From a phage, in the sequence record OZ556245.1: a stretch of 64,000 nt of DNA; one strand, written 5' to 3'. Shown one piece after another: positions 28,777 through 39,532 of the stretch (its first letter is position 1; each line of letters starts with the position of its first letter). Below the pieces are notes generated by a model. That model was not told the origin of the DNA. It saw only the letters and a program-made list of their open reading frames with translations, and made no database searches. The position numbers and the translations under genes were made by a program.

Positions 28777-28918
28777 TGAAAGCTTTAACTAATGCTTTAT
28801 TAACTTCAGCGTATTGATTAGTAGCCCATTGAACGTCATCTTTCATCATTGTGATTTCTTTAGTAAACATGCTTTCGTTCTTAAACCACCCCATAAAAAC
28901 TACCTTTACCAATTCCAT
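28736..28918 (-). CDS. dmd: Dmd antitoxin-like protein (inhibitor of RnlA/LsoA)
   Basis: 60 aa, immediately downstream of gene 41 as in T4. Confidence 0.6.
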   Translation of the reverse strand: MELVKVVFMGWFKNESMFTKEITMMKDDVQWATNQYAEVNKALVKAFIDDKKVCEVDCRG

Positions 28919-28976
28919 AACAATCTCCTCATTTAACCAACAAGACTACTATACCATAGTCTTGTTGGCTTGTAAA

Positions 28977-30404
28977 CTAAAATTTTAATTCATTTGCCAA
29001 AGCATCTAACTGAGCTCGAGCAGATTCGTTTCTTTGATAGCGATTCTGTTCAGCCTGAATCTGCTGTGAACCTGCTACTTCGTTCACTTCAGTTGGAGTA
29101 GAATCTTGTTCAATTTCTACCCATTTCTGATTTCCTTTTTGAACACCCATCAAAAACTTATTCCATTTATTCTTATCACCGTATCGTGATTTGATTTGCT
29201 TAATGAGTTGTTGTTCAGCAGCTGCTAACTCCTCGGTTTCAATGACCGCAAGCATAAAATCGGCTGTTGCTGGAAGACCGGCAGATTCTGCGATATCGCT
29301 CATGTTAACATCAGAAGAATCCCAAGCTTGTTTACCAACCTGTGCTGCAGTCCAAAGAACAGTTTCAGTTTCAACAGCCAGAGCACGCAATTCCTCTGCG
29401 ATAGCTTTAACAGTTGTGTAACTATTTTCTGAGTAAACTCTGATGCGGCAAGATTTACAAATACCCAGATAGTCAACAATAATGATTGTTGGAACAAAAT
29501 TCTTCTTGAGCTTCAATTCATTCAAGAGAGACCTGAATGTATTAGCGTCTGCTCCACCAGTAGGATACTGTTTAACGATTAAACGGCCGAGAGTAGATTT
29601 CTCACGCCATTTTTCCATTTTTCCTTTATACTCAGCGTAAGAAATATGCCCATCATCAATGTCATCAAGAGAAACATCAAGCATATTAGCGTCAATACGC
29701 TTAGCACAGACTTCTTCTGCCATTTCCATGGAAATGTAAAGAACATTATGTCCGAGCTGCAAATAATCTGCTGCCAATGAACACAGACCTAATGACTTAC
29801 CGACGTTAACACCAGCCATTAAAACGTTCAGTGTTCCAGTTTCAGCTCCGCCTTTAGTAATTTTATTTAGAATTTTGAGTTTAAATGGAACCTTACGAGC
29901 TTTATTCATATAAGATAGCCAACGTGCTTCGTAGTCATCTATCCAATCATGACCAACGTAACTATCAAATGAAATTGATAATGCTTGGCGCATGATGTCA
30001 GGAATAGCACCTACATCTGGCATTTTCTTATTTCGTTTTTCTGGAGGAAGCTCAGCATTAGTTTGAATTTCAATTATTTTAGACGTAGCATTAAACATCG
30101 CCCTTTGCTGAACATATTTTTCTGTTTCTTTTACTAACCAGCTGTGGTCTTCCGGAGAATCGGCTAGTTTTGAAATAAGTGTTTTTACACCAGAATATTC
30201 TGTTTCAGTAAATGAACTATTTTCTAATGCAACATTTAACGCATTAATAGATGGAACGCTATGGTATTCATTAACATGAGATTTAATTAATTTGAATGTA
30301 TTTTTAGCTGGACCACTTTCAAAATATTCTGAATCCATATATGGCCAAACTTTTGAAAAATAAGCTTGATCAAATATGAGATGGGAAAGAATAATTTCTA
30401 CCAC
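28977..30404 (-). CDS. 41: Replicative DNA helicase gp41 (DnaB-like)
   Basis: 475 aa, T4 gp41 length; Walker A GVNVGKS; start codon at 30404 is GTG. Confidence 0.9.
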   Translation of the reverse strand: MVEIILSHLIFDQAYFSKVWPYMDSEYFESGPAKNTFKLIKSHVNEYHSVPSINALNVALENSSFTETEYSGVKTLISKLADSPEDHSWLVKETEKYVQQRAMFNATSKIIEIQTNAELPPEKRNKKMPDVGAIPDIMRQALSISFDSYVGHDWIDDYEARWLSYMNKARKVPFKLKILNKITKGGAETGTLNVLMAGVNVGKSLGLCSLAADYLQLGHNVLYISMEMAEEVCAKRIDANMLDVSLDDIDDGHISYAEYKGKMEKWREKSTLGRLIVKQYPTGGADANTFRSLLNELKLKKNFVPTIIIVDYLGICKSCRIRVYSENSYTTVKAIAEELRALAVETETVLWTAAQVGKQAWDSSDVNMSDIAESAGLPATADFMLAVIETEELAAAEQQLIKQIKSRYGDKNKWNKFLMGVQKGNQKWVEIEQDSTPTEVNEVAGSQQIQAEQNRYQRNESARAQLDALANELKF

Positions 30405-30413
30405 ACTTACTCC

Positions 30414-30776
30414 TTAAAAGAATTTAAATTTTTTCTTTGACCTTTTATTAAATGCATCTTGTAGTTGCATTGTAATACATTTTTCTACATGAGGAGCTAA
30501 CTCAGCTTTTCTTTCTTGGTCAAGAACAGCAAAGTCCATTACGACTTTTCCATCAACCCAATCTAATTTTGTCACATACACAATGTGTGTAGAACCATCT
30601 TCTAGTTTAATGACAATCTCCTGGATAACATTTTCCATGGCAGATTTAATTATCTTAAGAGATTCATTAAAAAGACGTTCTTTTCTTTCTTCTTCCCCCT
30701 CCGAAGAGGGGGATTCATCGATAATTTCTAGATCTAAATCTAAATCATCTTTATTCATTAAATTCTTCCATATCAC
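30414..30776 (-). CDS. 40: gp40-like head assembly protein
   Basis: 120-aa ORF between uvsX and 41; start is GTG, alternative ATG at 30758. Confidence 0.5.
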   Translation of the reverse strand: MIWKNLMNKDDLDLDLEIIDESPSSEGEEERKERLFNESLKIIKSAMENVIQEIVIKLEDGSTHIVYVTKLDWVDGKVVMDFAVLDQERKAELAPHVEKCITMQLQDAFNKRSKKKFKFF

Positions 30777-31932
30777 TTAACTGATCTAGGTCAGTTTCTA
30801 AATCAGCTGCTGATTTACTTTTGCTTTCTGGAGATTTAAATTTTTCAACCTTTGAGTTAATCAATTCATCAACTTCAGCTTCAACAATTTCATTACTATC
30901 AATAGCACCTAACTGATAAGCACGTTTAATAGCGTCTCGGAATGGTTGATGCTTAAATAAAGGACCCCAGAATGTAGTGCAGTTGGTATCTTTTGCACGC
31001 CAAGATTTTTCTTCTCGAATCATCTCGCCAGTTTCTTCGTCAAGAAATTCACGAGCATACCAGCCATTTTTAGGTTTTACCACAAATCCTAATTCAAGAG
31101 CCATATCTAACAATCCAGAATAAGGATCGATACCACCGTCAAATTTAACATCAATAAAGAATTTACTTTTTTCTTTAACGGTACGAGATTTTTCTACATT
31201 TAGAACAAATTGATACCCCTGAAGATCAGAACCATCTTTAATCTGGCGCTTACCGATAATGAATACAGTATCAGCCGAATACATTACGCCTGTACCACCT
31301 GTCATCACGGTTTTACTGAACATTTCAATTGTTTCAATTGTATGGTTAACCGCAACGCATGGAATGTTTTTAATACTAAAATAAGGAGTAACAATACGGA
31401 ATAATGACTTCAGTGATTTAGCACGAGTCATATCTGCCACAGATTTTTCATTCAAGGCATCTTCCGTTTCTTTCTTAGAAGCCATATTACCGATTGAGTC
31501 GATGAATACAATAACTTTTTCACCACGCTCAATAGCTTCAAGCTGATTCACCATATCAATTTTCAGCTGTTCAACTGACTGAATTGGTGTATGAATTACT
31601 CGTTCCGGGTCAACTCCCATGGATCGCAAATAAGCTGGAGTAATACCAAATTCGCTATCATAAAATAGACATACCGCGTCAGGATATTTGTTCAAATACG
31701 CCGCAACCATAGTCAAAGACATATTTGATTTAAAGTGTTTAGAAGGACCTGCAAAAATGGTTAAACCAGACTGCATTCCACCATCAATCGCACCTGAAAT
31801 AGCGATATTAAGCATTGGGATTTTTGTACGGATTACATCCTTTTCATTAAAGAATTTAGATGTAGTCAGTTCAGCAGTCATTTTAGAAGTGGAAGCTTTA
31901 ATCAAACGGGATTTTAAATCTGCAATAGACAT
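30751..31932 (-). CDS. uvsX: UvsX recombinase (RecA-like)
   Basis: 393 aa; P-loop GPSKHFKS; synteny. Confidence 0.9.
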   Translation of the reverse strand: MSIADLKSRLIKASTSKMTAELTTSKFFNEKDVIRTKIPMLNIAISGAIDGGMQSGLTIFAGPSKHFKSNMSLTMVAAYLNKYPDAVCLFYDSEFGITPAYLRSMGVDPERVIHTPIQSVEQLKIDMVNQLEAIERGEKVIVFIDSIGNMASKKETEDALNEKSVADMTRAKSLKSLFRIVTPYFSIKNIPCVAVNHTIETIEMFSKTVMTGGTGVMYSADTVFIIGKRQIKDGSDLQGYQFVLNVEKSRTVKEKSKFFIDVKFDGGIDPYSGLLDMALELGFVVKPKNGWYAREFLDEETGEMIREEKSWRAKDTNCTTFWGPLFKHQPFRDAIKRAYQLGAIDSNEIVEAEVDELINSKVEKFKSPESKSKSAADLETDLDQLSDMEEFNE

Positions 31933-32009
31933 TCATTTTTTCCATAGGCATCATTATATTTTCCTCACTGGTTAAAGATAGAGTAATTATAACACAATAA
32001 ATTTAGGCA

Positions 32010-32852
32010 TTAATCAACTGCTATTGGATGAATAGCATTAAACTTATGAAACGCTTCTGATTTTTCTTTGCGCGAAACACACATGCGAAGAACCTTTAAT
32101 GGCTCGTCTTCTTCACCCAACGATTTTCTCTTTTCAATATTCGATGTTTTCCAACGAGCTTGCTCTGGAAACTCTCTATTGATTTGCTCAAGAGCTCTAT
32201 TATGTTTTGAATTACTACGAATTGAACTACATCCGCCAGGAGCCTGTGCTTTTCCAGACACAACTAGATATTTGAACAGGGCCAAATGCGGATAACCTTG
32301 ATTAATTAAATTGAGAAATGCATACATATCTTCGCATAAATCAATTTTTCCATACCCAATTTGTTCTGTCGTGAGTTTTCCGAGGTCATACCAAGTATTC
32401 GTGAATCCATATGAATTTTCACGATAATTACCCCAAGATGAAGTAATTTTAAAAATTGGTAAACGAGCATGACCATGATAATACCCACAATCCATGGCAT
32501 CTTCAACGTATTGAATCAATTCATAGAACTGTTCACGAGTTAACTGATTAATTTTATCTACGCAGCGACGATCATCTTTCTTTCGCATTGAACTCATACG
32601 AATAGTAGTATCATCATCAATCATCCAAATTCGTTGACCTGCATACATATCAGTAATTGCTTTACGAGTACCAGCAATTCCATTAACATCATCAGGAATA
32701 GTTATAATTTTGGCTCTAGACCCGTAAGCGTCATAATAAGCTTTTTCTTCGTGTTCACGTACTACAATATGCGGTTCATAATCAGATGGAAACATATCAA
32801 GGGCAGAAACTGCCCCTACGCGTTGATAGCTTGGAATTACGAATTGAATCAT
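32010..32852 (-). CDS. Glycosyltransferase in the beta-gt locus (candidate T2/T6-type HMC glucosyl modifier)
   Basis: 280 aa from ATG at 32852; IPSYQR and MIDDD motifs suggest a GT-A fold; occupies the slot between uvsX and 42 where T4 has the 351-aa beta-gt; coupled ATGA to gene 42. Confidence 0.5.
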   Translation of the reverse strand: MIQFVIPSYQRVGAVSALDMFPSDYEPHIVVREHEEKAYYDAYGSRAKIITIPDDVNGIAGTRKAITDMYAGQRIWMIDDDTTIRMSSMRKKDDRRCVDKINQLTREQFYELIQYVEDAMDCGYYHGHARLPIFKITSSWGNYRENSYGFTNTWYDLGKLTTEQIGYGKIDLCEDMYAFLNLINQGYPHLALFKYLVVSGKAQAPGGCSSIRSNSKHNRALEQINREFPEQARWKTSNIEKRKSLGEEDEPLKVLRMCVSRKEKSEAFHKFNAIHPIAVD

Positions 32853-33589
32853 TTCCACTCACCGTTATAATCTTTTTTCGCAATATGAGTTTCGCCAGTT
32901 TTCCACCAATGGTCAACCAAATAAAAATGACGGGAATACACATGAAGGCTTCCGACATTCCATATAATGGAACCTGCTTTATACTGACGAGTTGAATCAC
33001 CTGCATTCAAATCAGATACTAATTTATCTAGTACGTATTTTTGCCATGCATAATCATTACGGAATCCGAAGACCACGTCATTTGAACGCATGCTTACTAC
33101 TGCATTGACTTTCTTATCACGAATCAGGTACTGTACTGTATTCGTACACATGAAATCTGACATACCGTCTTTATTGTAGTCAAACTGCATGGATGGACGA
33201 GTATAAATCATGATACCACGTCGAGAATCAGGATTTTGACCAAGTTCAGCTAAACACATATCATACTGGGCATAGTTATCTTCTGACCAGATGGCCCAAC
33301 CATAATTCGAGTTAATTTCGCCTTTAGAAGATGCTACCTGCTGCCAAATCTTCGGTGTTTCACCCGGAATATCTTTAACAAACAAACTTTTAGATTTATA
33401 CCATTCAAGTTCATGTTGAATGTATTCATCATTAAGAGCGCCAAAAATAAACGGTTCATCTGCTACAAATGATGCACCAATAATTTCAATAGTTTTAACA
33501 CCAGTTTTATCAACTACGAAATCTTTTTCCTTTAATGCAAGCCCCAAATGAAGACGGATTTCTTCAACTGTCATAGAGTCACTAATCAT
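32849..33589 (-). CDS. 42: dCMP hydroxymethylase gp42
   Basis: 246 aa, MISDSMTVEEIRLHLGLALKEKDFVVDKTG recognised as gp42. Confidence 0.9.
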   Translation of the reverse strand: MISDSMTVEEIRLHLGLALKEKDFVVDKTGVKTIEIIGASFVADEPFIFGALNDEYIQHELEWYKSKSLFVKDIPGETPKIWQQVASSKGEINSNYGWAIWSEDNYAQYDMCLAELGQNPDSRRGIMIYTRPSMQFDYNKDGMSDFMCTNTVQYLIRDKKVNAVVSMRSNDVVFGFRNDYAWQKYVLDKLVSDLNAGDSTRQYKAGSIIWNVGSLHVYSRHFYLVDHWWKTGETHIAKKDYNGEWK

Positions 33590-33742
33590 TTAAACCTCAA
33601 TTGATACATTCATATTTAACTTGTAACAGTAATAAACCCCAACCTATAATAAGTGTCGGAATCATAAGAGGAACTGTTACGCTATAGTATATACTTATTA
33701 TAATCATCAAGATTAAAAGCAATACTGCTAAAATTTTGCTTT

Positions 33743-33994
33743 TCATTCCTTCTCTCTGATGATAATTACTTGGTTTTGCTGTGCAGATTTTTTAGTTTCA
33801 CCCGCAATTGACCAAATAAATGTAATAAACCAACCAATGATTGACCAGTTAAACAGTAAAGATGTGAAAAAGATTCCTACTGTCGATTTTGACCCACGCA
33901 TCAAGGCGATGAACCACGGAAGCATGTATATAATAATAGCCAACACGCCTGAAACTAAAACCATAAAAATTGAACCTGCTACTAAAGTTTCCAT
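33743..33994 (-). CDS. imm: Immunity protein Imm (superinfection exclusion)
   Basis: 83 aa, two hydrophobic helices, T4 Imm length and position. Confidence 0.8.
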   Translation of the reverse strand: METLVAGSIFMVLVSGVLAIIIYMLPWFIALMRGSKSTVGIFFTSLLFNWSIIGWFITFIWSIAGETKKSAQQNQVIIIREKE

Positions 33995-34001
33995 GTTTTC
34001 C

Positions 34002-34382
34002 TCACTTAGTCAAATTTTTTACGCATGAATTATAAGAATTCACTACATACTCCATTGGAGCATTTTTACCAGTACGCCATTGGTAATTATTAGCCCAATT
34101 AGCCCAAAGTTCGGCGCAGTAGTTTTCAATTTTTTCTTCGCGTGTAATTACATCCGAATTACGATATGCTTGGGCAGATTCATCTGGACGAATAGCTTCA
34201 TCAAAATTCGCCTGCATTTGTTCTACTGTCTGTTTTGGAGCTTCTTTATAACACTTGACGTTAGGATTATAAAATTTGCTTGAACAGTTTACAATTTTTC
34301 CTACATCAGACTGATTTACTACCGGTCCTTGAGCTACACAGCCAGTAAGACCTAATGCAATAACCAAAATAGCAATTTTCAT
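34002..34382 (-). CDS. Putative lipoprotein (imm.1-like)
   Basis: Signal peptide with lipobox LTGC. Confidence 0.5.
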   Translation of the reverse strand: MKIAILVIALGLTGCVAQGPVVNQSDVGKIVNCSSKFYNPNVKCYKEAPKQTVEQMQANFDEAIRPDESAQAYRNSDVITREEKIENYCAELWANWANNYQWRTGKNAPMEYVVNSYNSCVKNLTK

Positions 34383-34392
34383 AATAATTTCC

Positions 34393-34650
34393 TCAAATAC
34401 AAGTAGTAATTACTCCAGTAGTGCTTACACAGGTATTACCTAATTGAACACCAAGCGTTCCATTAGTATTCATATGAAGATTATCATCAATTTTTGTTGA
34501 TACTTTACCATTCATGTGAATAACAGTATTAGATTCAATCACATTCTGAGTGTCATTTTCAATATCAATAAATGGAACAGCTGCTAATGCAACTAGAACA
34601 ACTGCTAATGCAACTAAACACGCTGCTAAACAACCATAAACAATTTTCAT
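34393..34650 (-). CDS. Small secreted/membrane protein
   Basis: Trimmed to the ATG downstream of the promoter; MKIVYGCLAACLVALAVVLVALAAVPF... Confidence 0.4.
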   Translation of the reverse strand: MKIVYGCLAACLVALAVVLVALAAVPFIDIENDTQNVIESNTVIHMNGKVSTKIDDNLHMNTNGTLGVQLGNTCVSTTGVITTCI

Positions 34651-34683
34651 TTTATTCTCCAAATCCGTATCAGTTGATAGTTG

Positions 34684-34714
34684 TATAGTACCACGGAAGA
34701 ACAGGGATGTAAAT
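34684..34714 (-). promoter_or_regulatory. T4-type early promoter (weaker -35 ATTTAC)
   Basis: Cassette shared with 8046-8076 and 61337-61366. Confidence 0.45.
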
Positions 34715-34797
34715 AGTTTTGTGAAAAAATTTTTAATGAATTTACAGGACCTAGAATCATCTATTTTTATTAAGTATAGATTTATATTACTTGTATG

Positions 34798-34818
34798 AAA
34801 AAGGGACCCGGAGGTCCC
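34798..34818 (-). terminator. Rho-independent terminator after gene 43
   Basis: gggacc-cgga-ggtccc followed by U5 on the minus strand. Confidence 0.6.
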
Positions 34819-34831
34819 TAGATTTATTCTA

Positions 34832-37528
34832 TCAGCCAAACAGGAAGTCTAACGAAGCTTTTTCTTCATAGTCCATACCCGCCGATTCACACATGCCCGC
34901 AAGCGGTTTAACAAACGATTTTTGGAACAAAGTTGAGTAGTCAATCCAAGACAGTACATCAGAACGAATTTCTTTTGGAAGTTCTGTGCCTGATGGCCAA
35001 GCAATGCACTTGTCACCAAATGGATTTCCTTCACGTAATGGAAGAACCATTACCTTATTTCCATCCAAAATTGGAGCTACACCTAAACCGCTAACAGCTC
35101 GACGATAAGTTAGCACACCACGAATATGGAACGGACATTTAAATCCTGGCCAACCTTTATCATCATATTTCGCTATATCGTTCGCAGTTTTTACTTCAGC
35201 AATAACTTTATAGTCAAGTTGACGATATTCTTTCTCAAAGTTCTTGTAGTATTCTTGGACAGACTCTTCGCCTTCCTGAAGAATACGACGAATACTTTCT
35301 TCGAGAGCTTCTTGTACTGCTTTTGGTGTTGAACTCTGCTGAGTTTCCATACCCATGATTTTTAGATGTGGTTCAGCAAATCGCTTATCTTCCATATCAT
35401 AAACGTTCAGAGCATAACGTTTTTTCGCTTTCCAAAATCCACCAACACCCTTTGAACCAAGCGGAGGACAAGAAATAGCTTCACGGTCCATATGCATCAG
35501 ATGCTCGCGGTTATTCATATAATCACATAACTCACGATATGCAACATCAATCATAGGTTCCATCTTTTTCTTACCAAACTGATTCATGAATTCAACTAAA
35601 TCATTTTGTTCTTTAAAGCGATCAAGACCTACTTTTTCAATTACTTTATCTACACAAACATATACCGAATCAGTATCACCTGCTGCGATGAAATCTTCAC
35701 CATTAGTTCCACACACTTTATTTAGATATTCATTAATTTTGCGAGCAATCCACTGAATACCGACTTGACCGAAAATTGTGATAGCAGTAGCATTTCGCAA
35801 ATCATAGTAACGGAAATGAATATTACCAAGAGCGCCATAAAGACTGTTAATAAGAATTTTACGGTTCAGCTGATTTGTGTTAGCAAGTGTAGCAGCTTTT
35901 TCACATTCTTCAATCAGACTGTTAAGAACAGATTCGGTGTAATTCGATAATTCGTTTAAGAAATCATCACTGAACTTAACATATCGTTCAACTTCTGGTT
36001 TAGTTGAGCAAGACCCTGCACCTTTCATAATAATCTTTTTAATAGATTCGGCATTCATTTCTTCCGCGAACATTTTCTTTTTCCAATCTTTACGCTGGAA
36101 AAATACTTTAGCGATTTCCTTTGGAATGATACCTTCTTGGTGCTTATCATACATCCATCCATTCGGAGAGCAAGAATATTCATCACTTGGCTTAGGAGCT
36201 GTTCCTGCGATATATTCATGAATTGGATGAACTTTAAACTGCCCGCGAATAGTCTCAGGACTAATGTTAACCTGACGAATAATGCTAGGATACAGAGACG
36301 TCAAGTCAAAACTCATAATGTATCGACGAGCAATCGGTTTAGGTTCAAACACAAATGCACCTGGAAAACTCTGTTTAACGTGCGAACCTTGTTGAGGAAT
36401 AACCTTATGTTCACCTTTCAGTGAGTTAAAAATAATAGCGTCCCAAGTTTTAATAGGACTCATTACACCAGAAAAAGGCATTTTAGCGTAATAAGACATA
36501 CTTAAAACTAGATCGATAAACCCACGAATTTTATCAATTGCTTGAACTGATTCTACGTCAATGATGTTATAACTAATGTATCGTTGATGATTAGTCTCAC
36601 GAAGTTTATTAATAGGACCATCGTACGGCAATTTACCTTTTTTGGTTTCATGTTGAGCAACTGATTCCAAAGAGAACGATGGCAAATTAGTAAATGCGAA
36701 TTTCTTGTACAAATCTAAATAATCAAGAATAGATACGCCATCAATAGAATAAATTTCTTTACTACCGTACATATTTTGAATTAGTTTAGATTTTACTCGA
36801 CCGATTGGAGAGAAGCGTTTCATACTACGTTCACCGAGAACCATTTTAACACGATTCATGATATACGGAACGTCAAATCCCTCAATATTCCAACCAGTAA
36901 AAATAGCAGGTCGTTTCTGTTCCCAGAGATTGATATATTCCATGAGCATATCACGCTCATTATCGAATGGCATATAAATTACTCGGTCAAGAATTTCTTG
37001 AGGAACTTCATCACCACCTTCACAGTCAAGCTTAGCAGCTAACTTTGCATCCCATTTTGATACTGAACCGTACATTGAATTCAACAAATCAAAGACGTAA
37101 AAACGATCATCAATTGAATCATAATGAGTGATAGCATCAATTTCATATTCTGCTTTCATTGGGTCAGGAAATTTATCACCAGTAACCTCAATGTCGCAGT
37201 TAGCTACACGAACAAATTTTCGGTCATAAACAATTTCTGAACCATATGTATCACTGATATAAGCGAGTTTAAAATCGTTCATACCGAGAGCTTCGAGACC
37301 GATGTCTTCCATTCGCTTCATCCAGTCTCGTGCATCTTTCATTGATGGAAATTTTTGAGGAGCACAATTTTTACCATAAATGTCTTTGTATTTTGACTCT
37401 TCCTTACAATGCCTAAACATAGTCGGAAGATATTCTACTTCACGGGTACGTTCCTTTCCATTTTCATCAATATAACGTTCAACAATATTATTTCCGACTG
37501 TTTCGATAGAGATATAAAATTCTTTCAT
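34832..37528 (-). CDS. 43: DNA polymerase gp43 (family B)
   Basis: 898 aa; exo motif DIE, polymerase motif DTDS; T4 gp43 length. Confidence 0.95.
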   Translation of the reverse strand: MKEFYISIETVGNNIVERYIDENGKERTREVEYLPTMFRHCKEESKYKDIYGKNCAPQKFPSMKDARDWMKRMEDIGLEALGMNDFKLAYISDTYGSEIVYDRKFVRVANCDIEVTGDKFPDPMKAEYEIDAITHYDSIDDRFYVFDLLNSMYGSVSKWDAKLAAKLDCEGGDEVPQEILDRVIYMPFDNERDMLMEYINLWEQKRPAIFTGWNIEGFDVPYIMNRVKMVLGERSMKRFSPIGRVKSKLIQNMYGSKEIYSIDGVSILDYLDLYKKFAFTNLPSFSLESVAQHETKKGKLPYDGPINKLRETNHQRYISYNIIDVESVQAIDKIRGFIDLVLSMSYYAKMPFSGVMSPIKTWDAIIFNSLKGEHKVIPQQGSHVKQSFPGAFVFEPKPIARRYIMSFDLTSLYPSIIRQVNISPETIRGQFKVHPIHEYIAGTAPKPSDEYSCSPNGWMYDKHQEGIIPKEIAKVFFQRKDWKKKMFAEEMNAESIKKIIMKGAGSCSTKPEVERYVKFSDDFLNELSNYTESVLNSLIEECEKAATLANTNQLNRKILINSLYGALGNIHFRYYDLRNATAITIFGQVGIQWIARKINEYLNKVCGTNGEDFIAAGDTDSVYVCVDKVIEKVGLDRFKEQNDLVEFMNQFGKKKMEPMIDVAYRELCDYMNNREHLMHMDREAISCPPLGSKGVGGFWKAKKRYALNVYDMEDKRFAEPHLKIMGMETQQSSTPKAVQEALEESIRRILQEGEESVQEYYKNFEKEYRQLDYKVIAEVKTANDIAKYDDKGWPGFKCPFHIRGVLTYRRAVSGLGVAPILDGNKVMVLPLREGNPFGDKCIAWPSGTELPKEIRSDVLSWIDYSTLFQKSFVKPLAGMCESAGMDYEEKASLDFLFG

Positions 37529-37587
37529 AGATATTCCTTAGTTTATAGCCCGAGTTATTAGGCTCTTGATATATTATACTCCAAATA

Positions 37588-37603
37588 AGGGGCCGAAGCC
37601 CCT
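37588..37603 (-). terminator. GC hairpin with UUCG loop between regA and 43
   Basis: aggggc-cgaa-gcccct. Confidence 0.4.
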
Positions 37604-37606
37604 TGC

Positions 37607-37975
37607 TTAATTACCAATCGTATATTTTGGAACGAGTTTCCATTCATGTTTTTGTTTAAAAGAAATAACTCGGAAGTTATTGGTTAAATCTTTCATAAAA
37701 GTTCTTTGACCAGGAACGATTTCAATCAGTCCCCAATCTTCTAACAGCCACGCAATCGAATCACGACGAACTTCATCTTCTTCTGTCATTTCAACCTGAC
37801 GGCCATCCATACGAAGCATTTCTTTAAAATGAACGATATAGTATAGTCCTTTTTTCTGAAGAATATGACAGGACTGATACAGAACTTTATCTTTATTATT
37901 AGCAATTCCCATACGAGTCAAGGTTTCTTTTACTTTCAGAAAATCTTCAGGTTTTTTAAGAGTAATTTCAATCAT
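37607..37975 (-). CDS. regA: Translational repressor RegA
   Basis: 122 aa, T4 RegA length; synteny. Confidence 0.9.
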   Translation of the reverse strand: MIEITLKKPEDFLKVKETLTRMGIANNKDKVLYQSCHILQKKGLYYIVHFKEMLRMDGRQVEMTEEDEVRRDSIAWLLEDWGLIEIVPGQRTFMKDLTNNFRVISFKQKHEWKLVPKYTIGN

Positions 37976-37976
37976 T

Positions 37977-38540
37977 TTACCATTCCAATGCTAGTTTTTT
38001 GAATTGTTTCTGTTCTTTTACATTCTTAGTCACTTCTTTTAAAAAATCATCCGTGACTAAACCTTTTAGTTCTTTTAATACTAAAGGAAGTTTTCCATTT
38101 TTAGCAAGAATTGATTTATAGTTAATTGCATCATTTGTATTAACTTGATACCGCTTAGCAAGTAACTTAATAATCAATACTTCAGTAGAATCTTCAACCA
38201 GTTTTGCCCATTTACCATATCTTTTACCACGAGGAACAGCAGCCATTAGATAATTAAAATGAGCTTCATCGCTTAAACCTGATCCAATTAAATTCATAGC
38301 ATATACAGCTGGCATGCACTCAGGAAATTGTGATAATGCATTCTCAACCATGTATTTTGAATAATCTTTTTGAGCAATAGAGCATTTAGTTTTATTATTA
38401 ATAGCTCCAATTATTTCAAAAAATTCATTTTCAGCTTTTTCCTTAAAAGAATCAGCAGCAGATTGGACAGCTGTCCAATCTTTTGAATACCAAGCAACTT
38501 GATGCTCGTTTAATTGAATATCATCTTCAAATAAGCTCAT
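37977..38540 (-). CDS. 62: Clamp loader small subunit gp62
   Basis: 187 aa; synteny. Confidence 0.9.
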   Translation of the reverse strand: MSLFEDDIQLNEHQVAWYSKDWTAVQSAADSFKEKAENEFFEIIGAINNKTKCSIAQKDYSKYMVENALSQFPECMPAVYAMNLIGSGLSDEAHFNYLMAAVPRGKRYGKWAKLVEDSTEVLIIKLLAKRYQVNTNDAINYKSILAKNGKLPLVLKELKGLVTDDFLKEVTKNVKEQKQFKKLALEW

Positions 38541-38541
38541 A

Positions 38542-39501
38542 TCACTTCCACTGCATTTCGCATGCTAATTGAATGAAAAGATATGCTAAATGTAATTCCG
38601 TATTAGCCGCAATTCCATGATACTGGTTATTTTCACCAACAATTTCATACATACGAATAATACTTTGCGGAGTTACGCGTGTATAGATTTCTTCGGCAAG
38701 TTTACCTACGAACCACGAATAATCAGCTGCATATTTTGGTGCTAAAGCTCTGAGCTGTTTAACATCTTTATTTTTGAGAGACTCAAGAACATCATCAATA
38801 GCACCACGATCGTTAGTAACCAGTGATAAAATACCAGCATCCAAAACACCTTTAGATGAATAACTATCGAGCTCGCCGATAGTTTTACGAAAATCAGGAA
38901 AATTCTTTTTAACCAAAGCTGCTACAACTTTCATATCAGCTATAGCAATTCCTTCATGCTTGCAGATTTCAGTCAATCGACGAATCATCTGCTTCATCAT
39001 TTCAATTTTATCTTCATCGGTCGGTTGACCGAATGTAATAACACGACAGCGTGACTGAAGCGGTTTAATAATACCATCAATATTGTTAGCAGTAATAATA
39101 ATACTGCAGTTTGAACTATAAGCTTCCATAAAGGAACGAAGATGTCGCTGAGACTCTGCTAACCCTGAGCGGTCAAATTCATCAATAACGATTACTTTTT
39201 GACGACCATCAAATGAAGCTGCACTAGCAAAATTAGTCAAAGGACCACGAACGAAATCAATTTTACAATCTGATCCATTCACAAACATCATATCAGCATT
39301 TACATCATGACACAATGCTTTTGCTACAGTTGTTTTACCTGTTCCTGGAGAAGGAGAATGAAGAATAATATGTGGAATCTTACCTTTACTTGTAATAGAT
39401 TTAAAGGTTTCTTTATCAAAGGCGGGAAGAATACATTCATCGATAGTAGATGGACGATATTTTTGTTCAAGAATGTGTTCTTTTTCATTTACAGTAATCA
39501 T
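38542..39501 (-). CDS. 44: Clamp loader ATPase gp44 (AAA+)
   Basis: ORF-track start is TTG; ATG at 39501 gives 319 aa; Walker [10 protein letters not shown]. Confidence 0.9.
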   Translation of the reverse strand: MITVNEKEHILEQKYRPSTIDECILPAFDKETFKSITSKGKIPHIILHSPSPGTGKTTVAKALCHDVNADMMFVNGSDCKIDFVRGPLTNFASAASFDGRQKVIVIDEFDRSGLAESQRHLRSFMEAYSSNCSIIITANNIDGIIKPLQSRCRVITFGQPTDEDKIEMMKQMIRRLTEICKHEGIAIADMKVVAALVKKNFPDFRKTIGELDSYSSKGVLDAGILSLVTNDRGAIDDVLESLKNKDVKQLRALAPKYAADYSWFVGKLAEEIYTRVTPQSIIRMYEIVGENNQYHGIAANTELHLAYLFIQLACEMQWK

Positions 39502-39532
39502 AATTTCCTCATTCAAGTTTTAGTGTAAATTT

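Noticed and set aside
29191-29497. ORFs overlapping gene 41 on both strands
   Set aside because: Embedded in the helicase coding region; alternative frames of a strongly supported gene.
37561-37606. Possible middle promoter upstream of gene 43
   Set aside because: A TATAAT-like element is present but no MotA box (TGCTT) in the correct strand and spacing, so not called.
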